A stretch of DNA of 55,642 nucleotides, filler included, from Squatina squatina (lineage: Eukaryota), in NCBI GenBank assembly GCA_031763465.1. It is 3 parts of 3 records of this genome, joined end to end, with 100 filler letters (N's around TTAATTAATTAA, not from the genome) between each part and the next. Parts side by side here need not be neighbours in the genome. Positions count along the whole stretch, not along the records: positions 1 to 20,380 come from JARFOE010000121.1; 2 more parts are not named here. One strand, given 5' to 3'. Every line of letters begins with the position of its first letter. Position 1 is the first letter of the stretch. Below are positions 1 to 12,330 of this stretch, piece by piece. The notes beneath the pieces were generated by a model. It had not been told where the DNA came from. It worked only from the letters and a program-made list of their open reading frames with translations, and did no database searches. Position numbers and translations under genes: made by a program.

Positions 1-215
1 CAGCCCCACATGGCTGGAGAGGATCTAATTACCATTACAAGTGTCTTTGACTTTTGTATACCTGGGTGTCAGCTGACATCATTCTAGCAGTAATTTTGAC
101 CCTGCTAGTGTGGTGTCTGTGTTTAGATTTGGTCCATGACCCACCATTTTGTCTCTTGCTGTGTGCGTTTCGGTTAACATGATTTAAAAATACTGATTTT
201 GGCCCGATTCTTACA
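1..215 (-). mobile_element. Terminal fragment of an LTR-like element (same family as 20481-21569)
   Basis: 1-215 aligns by eye with 21376-21569. Both end at the identical TTTTGGCCCGATTCTTACA (5'-TGTAAGAATCGGGCCAAAA on the minus strand), after which the flanks are unrelated. Confidence 0.7.
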
Positions 216-760
216 TCCCCTAGCCTTTTAAGTTCTAGTGAAAAAAATCCCTAACTTCTCAAGTCTGATCCTAAACCCTCATCCCTGGCATCATCTGAAT
301 TAATCTACAATCTACCTTTTCCACTGCTTTTATATCCTTACTGTAATGGGATGTTCAAAACTGTACACAAGGCTCCAATTGCAGCCCAACTTAGATCTTG
401 AACAAGTTCAATACCACCTCTTTTGAATTTGAATTATGCGCCTGAAGGATTCAATTTGCTTTTATTTAGCCTTATCTATTTGCACTGCCATCTTTAATGA
501 CTTATGCATCTGCACATCAAAGTCCCACTGCTCCTCGACTCCATTTAAAATCTCACCATTTAAGGTATCTTTTCTTCACCTATTCTTACTTTCAAAATGT
601 ATTACTTTACAATTTTCTACATTGAGCTGAATCTGCCCACTACCTGTCCAGTCTGTGAGCCTGTCAATGTCCTCATGCAGCCTTTTAGAATCATGGTGAC
701 AATTTGCCATTCCAACAAATTTGGTACCATCAGTAATTTATGATATTGTTCAGGTAATTT
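216..760 (-). mobile_element. Degraded CR1-type LINE ORF2 3' fragment
   Basis: Reverse-strand motifs typical of the CR1 RT C-terminal region (aactgtacaca...ctccaa; caaatttggtaccatcagtaattt, the FADD-TKLG region; ggccccaaatacagacctctgtggaatac, the G-PQGSVLGP region, extends to ~850). No intact ORF. Confidence 0.65.
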
Positions 761-2359
761 ATTTATTTTATATATAATATTATATATACACATATGTTTT
801 CATATATACTTATATATATGTGGCCCCAAATACAGACCTCTGTGGAATACTACTCGCCATATCTTTCCAGTCCTGTCTAATGTATATCTTCTGAGAATGT
901 TTCTTTCCAGCCAGAAAGCCAAACTGATCAATTTTTCAACTGTGCTCTTTCAGATGTTGTCAATATCGTGGATGTTAGCTGTTATATCTGGCTCTTTATG
1001 TATCGGAATTAATTACCCTGGTGGGTCTCTTTAAAAAAGGGATACTGCCTCTTTAAGGTTAGGGAAACCCATGCCCACACCCAACAGAAATAATCTATAA
1101 AGACATGATAAATAAAACTAATGGATTTGGAGTGCAAGACCACCCAATGTTGGAAGGAAAATGCCTTCAGAGAGGGAGTAATTTAAGTTTTTATCATAGA
1201 ACATCCAATGTTACTAGTGGCCTTAACTTAAATTTAAAGTGTTCAAATTCTTATTAAAACAAGGCTATGAATAGTAGGTTTTGTGTTCAACTGAACAGAC
1301 AATACCCAGGAGCATTTTCGGAGCCTGGCCGAACATAGTAAGGCACTGAATCAGTCTTAGAGCATGGGTAAAGCTTTCTAGGAACTGTGCCAAGCTAAAT
1401 AAAAGCTGCTCTCAGTGTAATTGTACGCATTATGGTAGTGGAAAAAAGTGGAATCAAATTCTCTTTCCATATCAAACGGTTTTACTTTTTTTCNNNNNNN
1501 NNNNNNNNNNNNNNNNNNNNNNNNNNNNNNNNNNNNNNNNNNNNNNNNNNNNNNNNNNNNNNNNNNNNNNNNNNNNNNNNNNNNNNNNNNNNNGGTTTGG
1601 GGGGGGGTGAGGGGGAATAATCTGCCCTCCAGCTGACTTCAGAGACATTTTTAACAATAAAAATAACCTATTTAGACACATCCAAAAGGAATTAAAGAAT
1701 GCCTTGCCCTTTAAGCTGCTGCAGTCCTTTAAATCCTACTGGAGGATGCTATTTCCCACTCCACAGTGAGCGAGCTCCCAGTCAGAGGCCTTTTCTGATG
1801 CCTGGAACTTGTCCACAATATTTTAACAAGACTGATCTCGACAATCATGACAGGTTCATCACTCATGATGTTGAACAGACATCAAGTGAGCTTCACCAAC
1901 TGGCATTGTGCTCAATTGGAAAATCTAGATTTTGGTTTGCTTCTGGTGTTTACATGAGAAAATACACTGGAAAAAATGTTTGACCAATAAAAATGACCTT
2001 TGGTTTAATCTTTTAAATGTCCAAACTTAATTTGACAAGTAAACATAGCCACACTTTGGGTACAGTTTAAGTATATCTGATTGCAAAGTCTTTTTCTACC
2101 TCAAATGTCAGGCTCAATCTGCATCCACGACAATCACAAGCTTGCAATTTGACTTAATGGTTAATTACAACAGTTTTGAATTCTCAGAACATTTTAGTTT
2201 ACATAATACTTTCCCTGGCACCGCATCACCATAAAGTCCCATTCAGACTGAATGACACAAAAGGTTTCGGGCAGCCATCAATTCTGCTCTGTAATTGCTC
2301 AACAGAAGGTTCCAGGACAGGGTTGGTACTGCCAGTTTTTTCCTCTCCCTCTTCCCCAG

Positions 2360-3416
2360 AGGCCACTGGACAGTGATCAGGATCAGGAACCCTGGCTGAT
2401 TTCCCCTCTCTCTAACCCTAGGGTCACTGGACAGTGATCAGGAGCAGGCACCCTGCCTGATTTCCCCTCCCTAACCCAGGGGTCACTGGACAGTGATCAG
2501 GAGCAGGAACCCTGGCTGATTTCCGCTCCCTAACCCAGGGGTCATTGGACAGTGATCAGGAGCAGGACCCTGGCTGATTTCCCCACTCTGTAACCCAGGG
2601 CTCATTGGAAAGTGATCAGGAGCAGGAATCCTGACTGATTTCCCTTCTTTAACCCAGGGGTCACTGGACAGTGATCAAGCGCAGGAACCCTGGTTGATTT
2701 CCCCTCTCTCTAACCCACGGGTCTCTGTACAGTGATCAGGAGCAGGAACCCTGCTGATTTCCCCTCTTTACACTAGGGCTCGCTGGACTGTCATCAGGAG
2801 CAGGAACCCTGGCTGATTTCCCCTCTCTCCAAGCCAGCGGTCACTGGACAGTGATCAGGAACAGGAACCCTGGCTGTTTTCCACTCTCTCTAAACCAGGG
2901 GTCACTGCACAGTGTTCAGGAGCAGGAACCCTGGCTGATTTCCACTCTCTCTAACCCACGGCTCACTGGACAGTGATCAGGAGCAGGTACACTGGCTGAT
3001 TTCCCCTCTCTAACACAGGGTTCACTGGAAAGTGATCAAGAGCAGGAACCCTGGCTGATTTCCCCTCTATCTAACACAGGGGTCTCTGGACAGTGATCAG
3101 GAGCAGGAACCCTGGCTGATGTCCCCTCTCTAACCCTGGGCTCACTGGACAGCGATCAGGAGCAGGAACCCTGGCTGACTTTGCCTTTCTCTAAACCGCG
3201 GGTCACTGTACAGGGATCAGGAGCAGGAGCCCTGGCTGATTTCCCCTCTCTCTAACCCAGGGCTCTCTGGATAGTGATCAGAAACAGGAACCCTGGCTGA
3301 CGATACCTCTCTCTAACCCAGGGCTCACTGGAGAGTGATCAGGAGCAGGAACCCTGGCTGATTTCCCCTCTTTAACCCAGGGGTCACTGGACAGTGATCA
3401 AGAGCAGGAACCCTGG
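2360..3416. repeat. Minisatellite, ~59-61 bp unit, about 18 copies, truncated by an N gap
   Basis: Consensus GGTCACTGGACAGTGATCAGGAGCAGGAACCCTGGCTGATTTCCCCTCTCTCTAACCCAGG, repeated head to tail from 2364 to 3416 with scattered substitutions and (CT)n length variation. Confidence 0.97.
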
Positions 3417-3516
3417 NNNNNNNNNNNNNNNNNNNNNNNNNNNNNNNNNNNNNNNNNNNNNNNNNNNNNNNNNNNNNNNNNNNNNNNNNNNNNNNNNNNN
3501 NNNNNNNNNNNNNNNN

Positions 3517-4225
3517 ACTGTTCTCTGGGCTTGCGATGACCCACTTTCCTTATTTCACGTGTGTGCTATATGTGTAGAATAATTCCCATTGGAATTGTCA
3601 GGAACGTTTTATTCTCTGCACTTCAGCTTGTGTTGAGTACGCCTTTTGTCTTTCGAAGCATTGAAACGATAGGTTGCCAGTTGTCTGCTCCTACGACATT
3701 TGTGATCACTTTTTAAATGTTGCTTCACCCAAAGTAACGTCCGTCTGCTCCTCGACTCCCAGTCCGTCGCACGGAATACCTCAGTCCTGCTTTGCTGTCC
3801 AGTGACGCTTCCAAAAAGGAGAGCTCAGCAAAACGATTAGATTTTCTCGAAATAGTCACTTCTTTTGAAACTTGAATTTGTTTTCCTCACACCCCTCCAC
3901 TCGGGTTTCCGTCTCCAATCGCCCCGCCCCCACACACCTGCCATTGGTCACCTGACATGCCCATCATCACGGCGCCCTGCCTTCCTCACGGCTAATTGGA
4001 TAGCGAGCAAACTCTCTCTTACCCAATTGGATGAAGCTCGGCTGTCACAAAACAGTTTTGTCATCTCTCAATATTTTTATAAAAGTCTTTAAAGAAAATC
4101 TTTTAATAACACTTTTTTTCCATGCCCTGAGGATTTTTCTATCGGGTTTTGCTCACAGCAGTGTCCTGGAGATTAGTCGTTAATCCCTGGAGATTCCAGG
4201 GCAATTCTAGAGAGTTGGAAACCCT
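3517..4225. mobile_element. Probable hAT-like non-autonomous DNA transposon remnant
   Basis: Ends in GAGAGTTGGAAACCCT (reverse complement AGGGTTTCCAACTCTC, resembling AGGGTTGCCAAC-type termini). The interior is CpG-richer with CCAAT/ATTGG and GC boxes (3915-4030). The other end lies in the gap. Confidence 0.45.
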
Positions 4226-5080
4226 CGGCAGCAGATGGGCTTTACTTCTCTAGCTGTCTCTACCCCAGCCTTGCACTGCACAATGTTACAATGTAAGCCT
4301 CTGTGCAATGGGAGAATTATTCAATCCAAATTCAATATTGAATTACATTGCAAAGATTCCATTTTTATACAAATAGCAAACACTTAACTGTGGAAAGTTA
4401 CATTTTGCATACTAATGTTGTTAATGTTGCTAACCCACCTTAACACAGAACAACTATTTATATTTCCTGTGACTGGAAATAAATTATTCTATTCCAAACA
4501 AATAATATACAAATATATTTCATATAAAGATGGACTCCAATACAAATACTGTATAAATGGAAACAGTGCAATACAATAAATAAAGTTCAACATTTCCAAC
4601 ATATTAAGGCAAAAACAAATATTCTCATTTCTTAAAAAAAATTATTGGAAAATTAAAATGCTTTAAACTCTTTTATTGGATTGCAGTCTATTGCAAGCTT
4701 TTAGATTCTAACCTTGCATTTCTGTGTAGTCCATTATATTTTGATGTCTGTGAGCTTCAAAGTTGTTTCCAAGACCAAATTGCTTTTCCCCCACAATTTC
4801 CTAGATATGATCAATTGGTACATCACACACCATGTTCGGCCTGCTCCAGGTAAAGATAATAAGTGTTGAGACAGATAACACTTGAAGCTGCATCTGAGAC
4901 TGAATGAACACAAAGTTCATAATCAGAGATAGGAAAAATAGAACTTTGACTATTGAATTTGTATTAATTCAGTACTACCTNNNNNNNNNNNNNNNNNNNN
5001 NNNNNNNNNNNNNNNNNNNNNNNNNNNNNNNNNNNNNNNNNNNNNNNNNNNNNNNNNNNNNNNNNNNNNNNNNNNNNNNN

Positions 5081-5440
5081 CTGCAGATACAGGATGTTGC
5101 TCCTTCTCTCCACCTCTTGCACCAGTGCATTATCAGGAAACCTTGGTACATGCTCTCTCGCCTGTTCAGCTATTCCTCAAAGCATCAGGTTCAGTTTTCA
5201 AATGACTCCCGCCACTTCTTGGAGCCACCTTTTAAGAGGTGCAGGCTGCCTTTAAGTAGACGCTTAAGTGATATCGCGCCCGCTGCTGATGCGTGCAGCC
5301 AATGGACAGCACGGGTAGAGTTGGCTGCACGCAGGAACCATTAAACTCAGCAGGCAGCACCAATTTATCGTGCTGCTTACAACGCAAAGAACAGGCATGG
5401 GTTAACTGTGGAGCCCGATCCCCACCCCTGTTTTTGGGGC
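5081..5440 (-). mobile_element. PIF/Harbinger remnant with degraded Myb/SANT-like ORF start
   Basis: Minus strand 5173->5081 reads IAEQAREHVPRFPDNALVQEVERRSNILYLQ, resembling the R-x-PRFS...LVxEVE.RR.IL N-terminus of Harbinger Myb/SANT (MSANTD/NAIF1-like) proteins. The start codon appears mutated (ATA). Confidence 0.55.
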
Positions 5441-5624
5441 AGTATGCAAATTAAATGAGAGTCTGTAAACTCTCATCCCTAATTGAACTCTGTAGACTGC
5501 TTAAGACACACATCTACCACCAGAAATGATGAACAGTGTATTAAGTTTTTCTTCAGGCAAGATATTCCATCTGGTGGGTGATGGGCCAGGGTGAACTGCT
5601 AATATTTAGATTATTATAGGTATC

Positions 5625-5870
5625 TGTTGGCCCAATCTCATTCCAGAAACAGAAGGTTATGGTTTCAAATCCTCTCTAGGGTACTTAAACTCATATTGAA
5701 GATCAACAGACCACTGTCATATAAAAAGGCACTGCCCTGTCAATGGCACCATTCTTCAAATAAGGTTCCATCTGGCTGTGCAGATGAACAATAAAGATTT
5801 CACAGCAGTAAATGTAGAGAACAGAGGGCAACTCCAGAGCTGTTGCCAATATTGCCCAAAGAAATTCTCC
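5625..5870 (+). mobile_element. Old, degraded DeuSINE-like SINE
   Basis: tRNA-like head remnant (cagaaggttatggtttcaaatcc) followed by a diverged Deu-domain-like segment (taaagatttcacagcagta...gttgccaatatt). Confidence 0.4.
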
Positions 5871-6539
5871 TAATACTCTGTTTCCCCTGGATATCAGCAT
5901 AAATGAGTCCTGTCATGAGATATTAATAAACACATGCTCGGTGCGTTCAAATATCAGCACAGAAGCAAACAACTCATGGCTAAATTTTCATAGGTGTGAT
6001 AGCTGTTATTTAGATTAATGTTGATAGCATTTTTTTTCAAATATAGATGCATTTATTGTCATATATACTTGAAAAGAAAACTTCTCAGGGCTATGGAGAA
6101 AGAACAAGGAACTGGGACAAATGTCATAGCTCTTTCAAAGAGCTGGCATAGGCACAATAGGCCTTCTATGATTTACAATCAGTTTGGAGTTTCCAATCAT
6201 GCTAGCAATTGGTGGTAAATTTTATTGTCAATGTGATTAAAAGAGCTGTACACCATAATTTGTAACTTAGGATGATACCAAGCCAAATTCAATGAACAGT
6301 GTAGAAGAACATACTAGGCGTACCTGAAAATGAGGTGCAAACCTGGTGAACCTGCATCACAGGACTACATGCATGCCACACAGTGAATGCAGCATGCTGT
6401 AGACATAGTTAAGTGATCTCACAACCAACATTTCCAGAATTGAGAATTCAACTGTCAGGAAATATTGAGGCAGCTAGAACTCTTGTGTCTGAAAAAGAGA
6501 AGACTAAACTGAAACCAGATATGGGTATTTAAAATTATA

Positions 6540-6793
6540 GGACCATAGCGACAGGAATAGGCCATTTGGCCCCTTGAGCCAGTTCCACCATTCAGCGAGA
6601 TCATGGCTGATCTGTGACCTAACTCCATATACCTGCATTTGCCCCGTATCCCTTAATACCTTTGGTTAACAGAAATCTATCAATCTCTGATTCAAAATTA
6701 ATAATTGACCCAGCATCAATTGCCGTCTGTGGAAGAGAGTTCCAAACTTTTACCACCCTTTGTGTGTAGAAGTGTTTCCTAACTTCACTCCTG
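6540..6793 (-). mobile_element. CR1-type LINE 3' end
   Basis: Reverse complement of the same CR1 tail seen at 8206-8578 (aggaataggccatttggcccctt...gatcatggctgatc...agagagttccaaacttttaccacc). Confidence 0.85.
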
Positions 6794-8205
6794 NNNNNNN
6801 NNNNNNNNNNNNNNNNNNNNNNNNNNNNNNNNNNNNNNNNNNNNNNNNNNNNNNNNNNNNNNNNNNNNNNNNNNNNNNNNNNNNNNNNNNNNNTTCAGCT
6901 GAGTGTGTACAGGCTGCCTTGGTTAAATGATGAAGCGTGGTTGAGGGGGTTGCCTTGAGAGAAAAAAAATCTTGAAAACCAAGCTCACCTTAAATTCATT
7001 TTTGTTAAACCATTTTAATTGTGAACATTTATGGGGCAGAACAACCTCAGAACATCTCAGAAAACATTTTAATTATATGCAGGAGAAAGAATTATTAACA
7101 TCATTTTCTCAAAAGCTGTCCTGCGTTGTTTCCATTTCTGGAATTAAGTTTATTATTACTGTTTTGCTACAATAGACACAAATTATATTTTCAAGCAGTG
7201 CAGAAGTTTTTATTAAAAGCACTGTGATGATCCATTGCTATGCTAAATGTAGAATGTCAAGCCCACTGCAAGTTAATTACATATTCCAAGAGTAATATTG
7301 CTTTCAGGGTTTTTAAAAACTGTTGCTCGGGGTGCAAAATGTCATGGTTATTTATCTTGTGTAACCTAAAATGAAACAAGTATTCAAATCACTCAAACTC
7401 CAGTTGTGACTTCAGGCAATGTTACATCGTTCATTTTATTCATATTGTAAGCACAGAAAGTCTTTGAATAGCGATTCAAAATGCATACTTGGAGTAAACT
7501 GCCTTTTATCAGTTGTTCACTTGGGACTGTGGAATACATATGACCTGAGGTCAAGGATTCATTTCCAAGCGCTAGCTGTTGTTACAATCAATTGCAATTA
7601 CTTGAATAACAATGACATTTCAGCTGGAATATACTGCAGTGGGCAGCAAGTGCCACCAGAGGTCAAAGTTAACTCTTTCAATTTTGACACCGCGAAAAAA
7701 TTAGAGAGCCACTATTCCTCACCAATATATCCAAGCATTAGCTCAGACTCATCAACTGTGTGTACCCCTCAGACTGCTGCTGATCTTTCACAGAAGTAGC
7801 ATTCATATTATCTAGTGTGGGATTTTCCTCTGTGTGTTTTTTGCAGGCAGACACTTTAAGCAGTTTGGCTTCAAATTTTGTAAGTGGCAGCAGTGGCAGA
7901 CTTCATGGAACAGGTTTGCAAGGCATTCCCACTGTAAAAATGCTTGATTAACTGGCAGAAAAGTTGAGGAAAAAAATAAATTGCTGACTGATATCCAAAC
8001 TTAAAACAATTTAAATTCTTGGGCAGTAAAGTTCTGTTGCTACGCTGGCCACAAATGGTGGAAATAGGATGGCCAAAAAAAAAAAATATTTGTTCCCGTT
8101 TCACCNNNNNNNNNNNNNNNNNNNNNNNNNNNNNNNNNNNNNNNNNNNNNNNNNNNNNNNNNNNNNNNNNNNNNNNNNNNNNNNNNNNNNNNNNNNNNNN
8201 NNNNN

Positions 8206-8578
8206 AAAATTCTGACAGGGCTCGACAGACTAGATGCAGGGAGGATGTTTCCCCTGGCTGGGGAGTCTAGAACCAGGGGTCATAGTCTCAGGATATGGGT
8301 TAGGCCACTTAGGACTGAGATTAGGAGAAATATCTTCACCCAGATGGTGGTGAACCTGTGGAATTCTCTAGCACAGCAGGCGGTGGAGGCCAAGTCATTG
8401 AATATATTCAAGAAGAAGATAGATAGATTTCTAGTTACTAAGGGCATCAAGGGATATGGGGAGAAAACAGGAATATGGCATTGAGATAGAGGATCAACCA
8501 TGATCATATTGAATGGCAGAGCAGGCTTGAAGGGCCGAATGGCCTGCTCCTGCTCCTATTTTCTATATTTCTATGTTT
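8206..8578 (+). mobile_element. CR1-type LINE 3' end
   Basis: Translates as ...MFPLAGESRTRGHSLRI...RTEIRRNIFTQMVVNLWNSL...AVEAKSLNIFKKKIDRFL, the canonical CR1 ORF2 C-terminus. Followed by the 3' UTR hairpin region and a TTCTAT-type tail. Confidence 0.93.
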
Positions 8579-10319
8579 CACCTACTAGCTTGTCTCCTCC
8601 TTTCCTGATTCACCAGAGCACGGCGGGCATAGAAAAAGGAAGAAGACTGATGGTGGTGAGAAGGAGGAATGGAAACACAGCTACCTCCTTATGAACTCCT
8701 CATGGTGATGAGGAGAAGGAAGAAGAGAAGGATGATGTTGAAGACAAAGATGAATTTAGACTCAAACTCACCCATGAGCATCAGGTACAGAAGTACAGAT
8801 TCAAAATATGTTCCAGTATTGGATTTCTCACAGATTTTGCAATTAAAAGTGGAATTTATTTCACCATCCTCTGTCCCTCGAAGCTTGAAGGCAATGATCC
8901 GATTCATTATTGATTTCTAACAGAATGGGAAAATAGAGTTATTGTAGCGGTCATTCTTTTCTCCATTTCTACTGTCGCTTTCCAGCAGCCCATCACGTTC
9001 CTGGTTTTAATTTCCATGAGGCGCTATTCCCCTGAGTCTGGCCCTTACTGAGCCCTGGCGATGATGACTCCTTCTCCTCTTCACATTCACTTTACTAGAT
9101 TACTGACTTTGTAATCATTTTCACCTGTGCTGTCTGCTGCATTTATAGCTAAACCCCCTACAACATAACTTATAGACGACTGAACAAAACTGATTGTATT
9201 TTAAAGACTTGTGGGGGAAGAAAGCTTGGTTAAGTCCCCTTGTCCCATGATTTCTTTTCGCGGAAAAATAAAGCAAGAATTAAAAACATGATGCGGCTTT
9301 TAGACATAATGACAAAGATCAATAGAGGTTGATGAGACCTTGAGTTCCGAAGACTATTCAGCCTCCACCTCCAAATAGTCAGAAGTCTATTAACATGCTA
9401 AATTATTGATGTCGTGATCTGTTCTGTCTGGGATCTGTGCAAACATCTGTCAGTATCAGCACTTTAATCCAAGGCATATATCACAACTGAATTGGGACAA
9501 AGTCTGTCTTATGTTAATTGAGAATGTTTGTGGGCAATCAAAATGTTCTAAAAAATTCACGTTTCTGACAAAATCAGATTATTAAAGCTGAGGGTGAATG
9601 AACCAGGGAAGTTTCTCTTAAATGCATGCCTCCTGAAAATCATGAGAAAATAAACAGATTGTTTTTTCTCCTGCCTCCAGGATGATGAATGAAAGAATGC
9701 ACTTTTCTTTTCATCAGTGTTTCTCTGCTGATGGCATGATTCATCCTAAGATCTGACTCCACAAGCACCAGCAGCCCTCGGTTATTTTGCCGAAGTGGCT
9801 GTTCACATGTATGAAGTCTGGATAATGAATATTGTCAGTTTATTTAACTGCAGTGGGGCATTGCAGCTAAACTGGATCCTCTTCTCATCCATCACCCACA
9901 CAAGTGCGTTTTCAACTGGCACCACTGGATAGCGAATAGGGCAAGAATTCCAACTGGCTGTTCCTCTCCTTAACCCAAAGATGACTGAAGCCAACCATAG
10001 CATCCCACCACTATCCCGAGTTCAGGTAACTCTAGAGTTTATGGTGAATTCATTAACATTGTGATTTAACCAACTCCATCTTGGGCAAACACAAAAATAA
10101 TTTCAAGCAAAGTGCCACGTTAAGGCTGCTATTTTGAACAAGGGCAGGCTGAACAGACTGCAGATGCCCACCACCCCTACCCCCAGCTTCCTTTGCACCC
10201 TGTCCCAATTCAGTCAGTGATAACTATGATAGGCACCGTATAGCATCAGTCACTTCAGTTCATCTTGAGCAAGCTAGGACCAGGTGGGTTAGAGCAACTG
10301 TACTAAACATATCTGGAAG

Positions 10320-10472
10320 GTTACCACCCCGGAAGTAAGGTGGACAGCACTCCGCCTCATTTCCGGGGTAGTACAGCCAATACTTCGGGGCAGTACTTCC
10401 AGGGCTGGTGCAAAAAATCCCAGCCCTGGAGCCCTACCGCCCCTGGCACAGTGCTGGGGAATTTCTACCCCT
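10320..10472. mobile_element. Short GC-rich MITE-like remnant
   Basis: GC/CpG-rich island in AT-rich DNA. Ends in AATTTCTACCCC, the reverse complement of the GGGTAGAAATT end at 52976. Internal hairpin AGGGCTGG-N11-CCAGCCCT. Confidence 0.4.
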
Positions 10473-11458
10473 TTGTGCTTAATGCTGAACTACCTTTAGA
10501 ACTTATAGTATTGTGGTTTCACCCTCTATCAAAGTTTCTCCAACTTAGTATTATATGTAGATTCTCAGATTCTAATTGAAATGGTCAAGAATGAAATTTA
10601 GACCTGCATGCATTTGCCTTAAGTTAGTTTGAGACAGTAGCATCAATATAGCATGAAAACCAATGTGTGAACATCACTTATATCAATGGTATATCTCTTG
10701 AGTATTTCAAATTTTATATTGTTGTTACCCCCTTGATCCCAGTGAAAATGATTGCCTTTGCTTCAGATTGAATTGACTTGCATAGGTGAGGAGGCCATTG
10801 GTAATGCACAGGTGAGGTTGGGCAGATGAGGGCTGATTATTTGGGGTCAGCCTCCCTTGGCAGAGACTCACTTGTGCCAGGTACAGGTTGGAAGATGGGG
10901 AGACAGGGGTGGGTAAGGTCATCTACTCAAATTGCTACACACCACATTTAGTGATGTGCATTTCTTGGGGCCAAGAAGAAGTTCATATTGTTGACNNNNN
11001 NNNNNNNNNNNNNNNNNNNNNNNNNNNNNNNNNNNNNNNNNNNNNNNNNNNNNNNNNNNNNNNNNNNNNNNNNNNNNNNNNNNNNNNNNNNNNNNATTAG
11101 TTTTAGGCACTTTCCCTGATTGAATCCATGATGACAACAGCTTAAGCTGTTACCTAAGATTGCCAGAGGATGGTATAGATCAATTAACTCTGAGGTCTAG
11201 ACATCTTCCACTATTTTACACTGGCCTTATTGGATGCATTAAAAATTTGCTGATAATTTTTTTCCAAGTTCATTGCATTAGAATAACGTGACAAAATCAG
11301 AGCTCTTGTTCAGTGAGCAACAAAGAGCTGTAACATTTTTAAGTGACACATTATGTGCACGGCAAATTAGAAGACGTTTTGCAATTAATATTTCTTCCTG
11401 CAGATAAAGGTCTTGAAGGTCAATAAACAGACAGCCTGTGAGCTATTGTCTTATGGGT

Positions 11459-11482
11459 AGGTCAGTAAGGTCAGTAAGGTCA
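11459..11482 (+). promoter_or_regulatory. Three perfect AGGTCA nuclear-receptor half-sites in DR3 spacing
   Basis: AGGTCA-gta-AGGTCA-gta-AGGTCA read directly. Function is not demonstrated. Confidence 0.3.
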
Positions 11483-12029
11483 CTGTCAAAAAGATTATGT
11501 TAACGCTAAACTGATAGCACCAGTGTGGCACATGCTGCTTCAAATGGACTTGTCTATGTTCGTGCCCTGGGGCTACTCTCTCAGCATGCCACCATTAACT
11601 TCACACATTCGTTTACTTCATGTCATTCTCTTCCATGTGCATCAGTATCTCACACAAGTATTGCATTTCATGCATTCATGAAAGCATAAAGTATTAGACC
11701 TTAGCTAATTGCTCACAGATATATTTAGCTACCACAATCTGCTGAGAAGAAAATGAGATCTTTGATAGAATTATGTGCCTGACAACCCTGTATTTTGACT
11801 GTAATTGACTCAGGATGAGCGGGGTTTTCCCAATTTAAAATACAATGGAAAACAGATTATCTTATTTTTTTAATGATGTGTTTATCTTTGTGGGAAACCT
11901 TGCAGAGCTTTACTTGACAGATCATTTGAAATCAGAACACTTATCTCCTTCTGAACTCTTGTTGAAATACTCTGGTTTAGTTACATTTGGTACCAAAGGA
12001 CACAATTAGAATTAAGATAGATCGAAAGA

Positions 12030-12330
12030 TAAAGATTTATATAGCAATGTATCATATCCTTAAGGTGTCTTGGAACACCAATTTAATAGTTTTGAAGTAC
12101 AGGCCAATTTGCACACAACAAAATCCCACAAACAGTAAATGATTGAGCAGATAGTCTATTTTTGATGATGGTGGCTGATAGAGGAATATTGACCAGGATA
12201 CCAGAATAACTTCCTTTTCTTCTCTAAATAGTGCTATGGGATCTTTTATCTCCACTTCAGCAGACAGAGAGGGACTTGGTATTAGCTCTCGTGCAGGACT
12301 CCCTCAGTAATGCACTGAACTGTTAGCAGA
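12030..12330 (-). mobile_element. DeuSINE-type SINE (SacSINE1/AmnSINE1-like)
   Basis: Contains AATAGTGCTATGGGATCTTTTA (reverse complement of the Deu-domain core TAAAAGATCCCATGGCACTATT) and an L2-like tail (atttatatagc). Confidence 0.7.

Noticed and set aside
2360-3416. CRISPR-like array or hammerhead-bearing satellite
   Set aside because: Units are homologous along their whole length, with no unique spacers. The context is vertebrate with no cas genes. The minus-strand CTGATCA is not followed by stem II-GAAA, so it is not a hammerhead core.
4680-4900. Possible minus-strand terminal exon (acceptor ttgtgttcattcag, downstream AATAAA), perhaps IL17REL
   Set aside because: None of the three frames shows homology I recognise, so it cannot be supported without a search.
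7419-7799. 126-aa plus-strand ORF
   Set aside because: No recognisable motif or convincing splice signals; chance ORF.
8600-8790. Acidic/purine-rich exon-like stretch (GDEEKEEEKDDVEDKDEF)
   Set aside because: In-frame stop just upstream and low-complexity composition; no identifiable protein.
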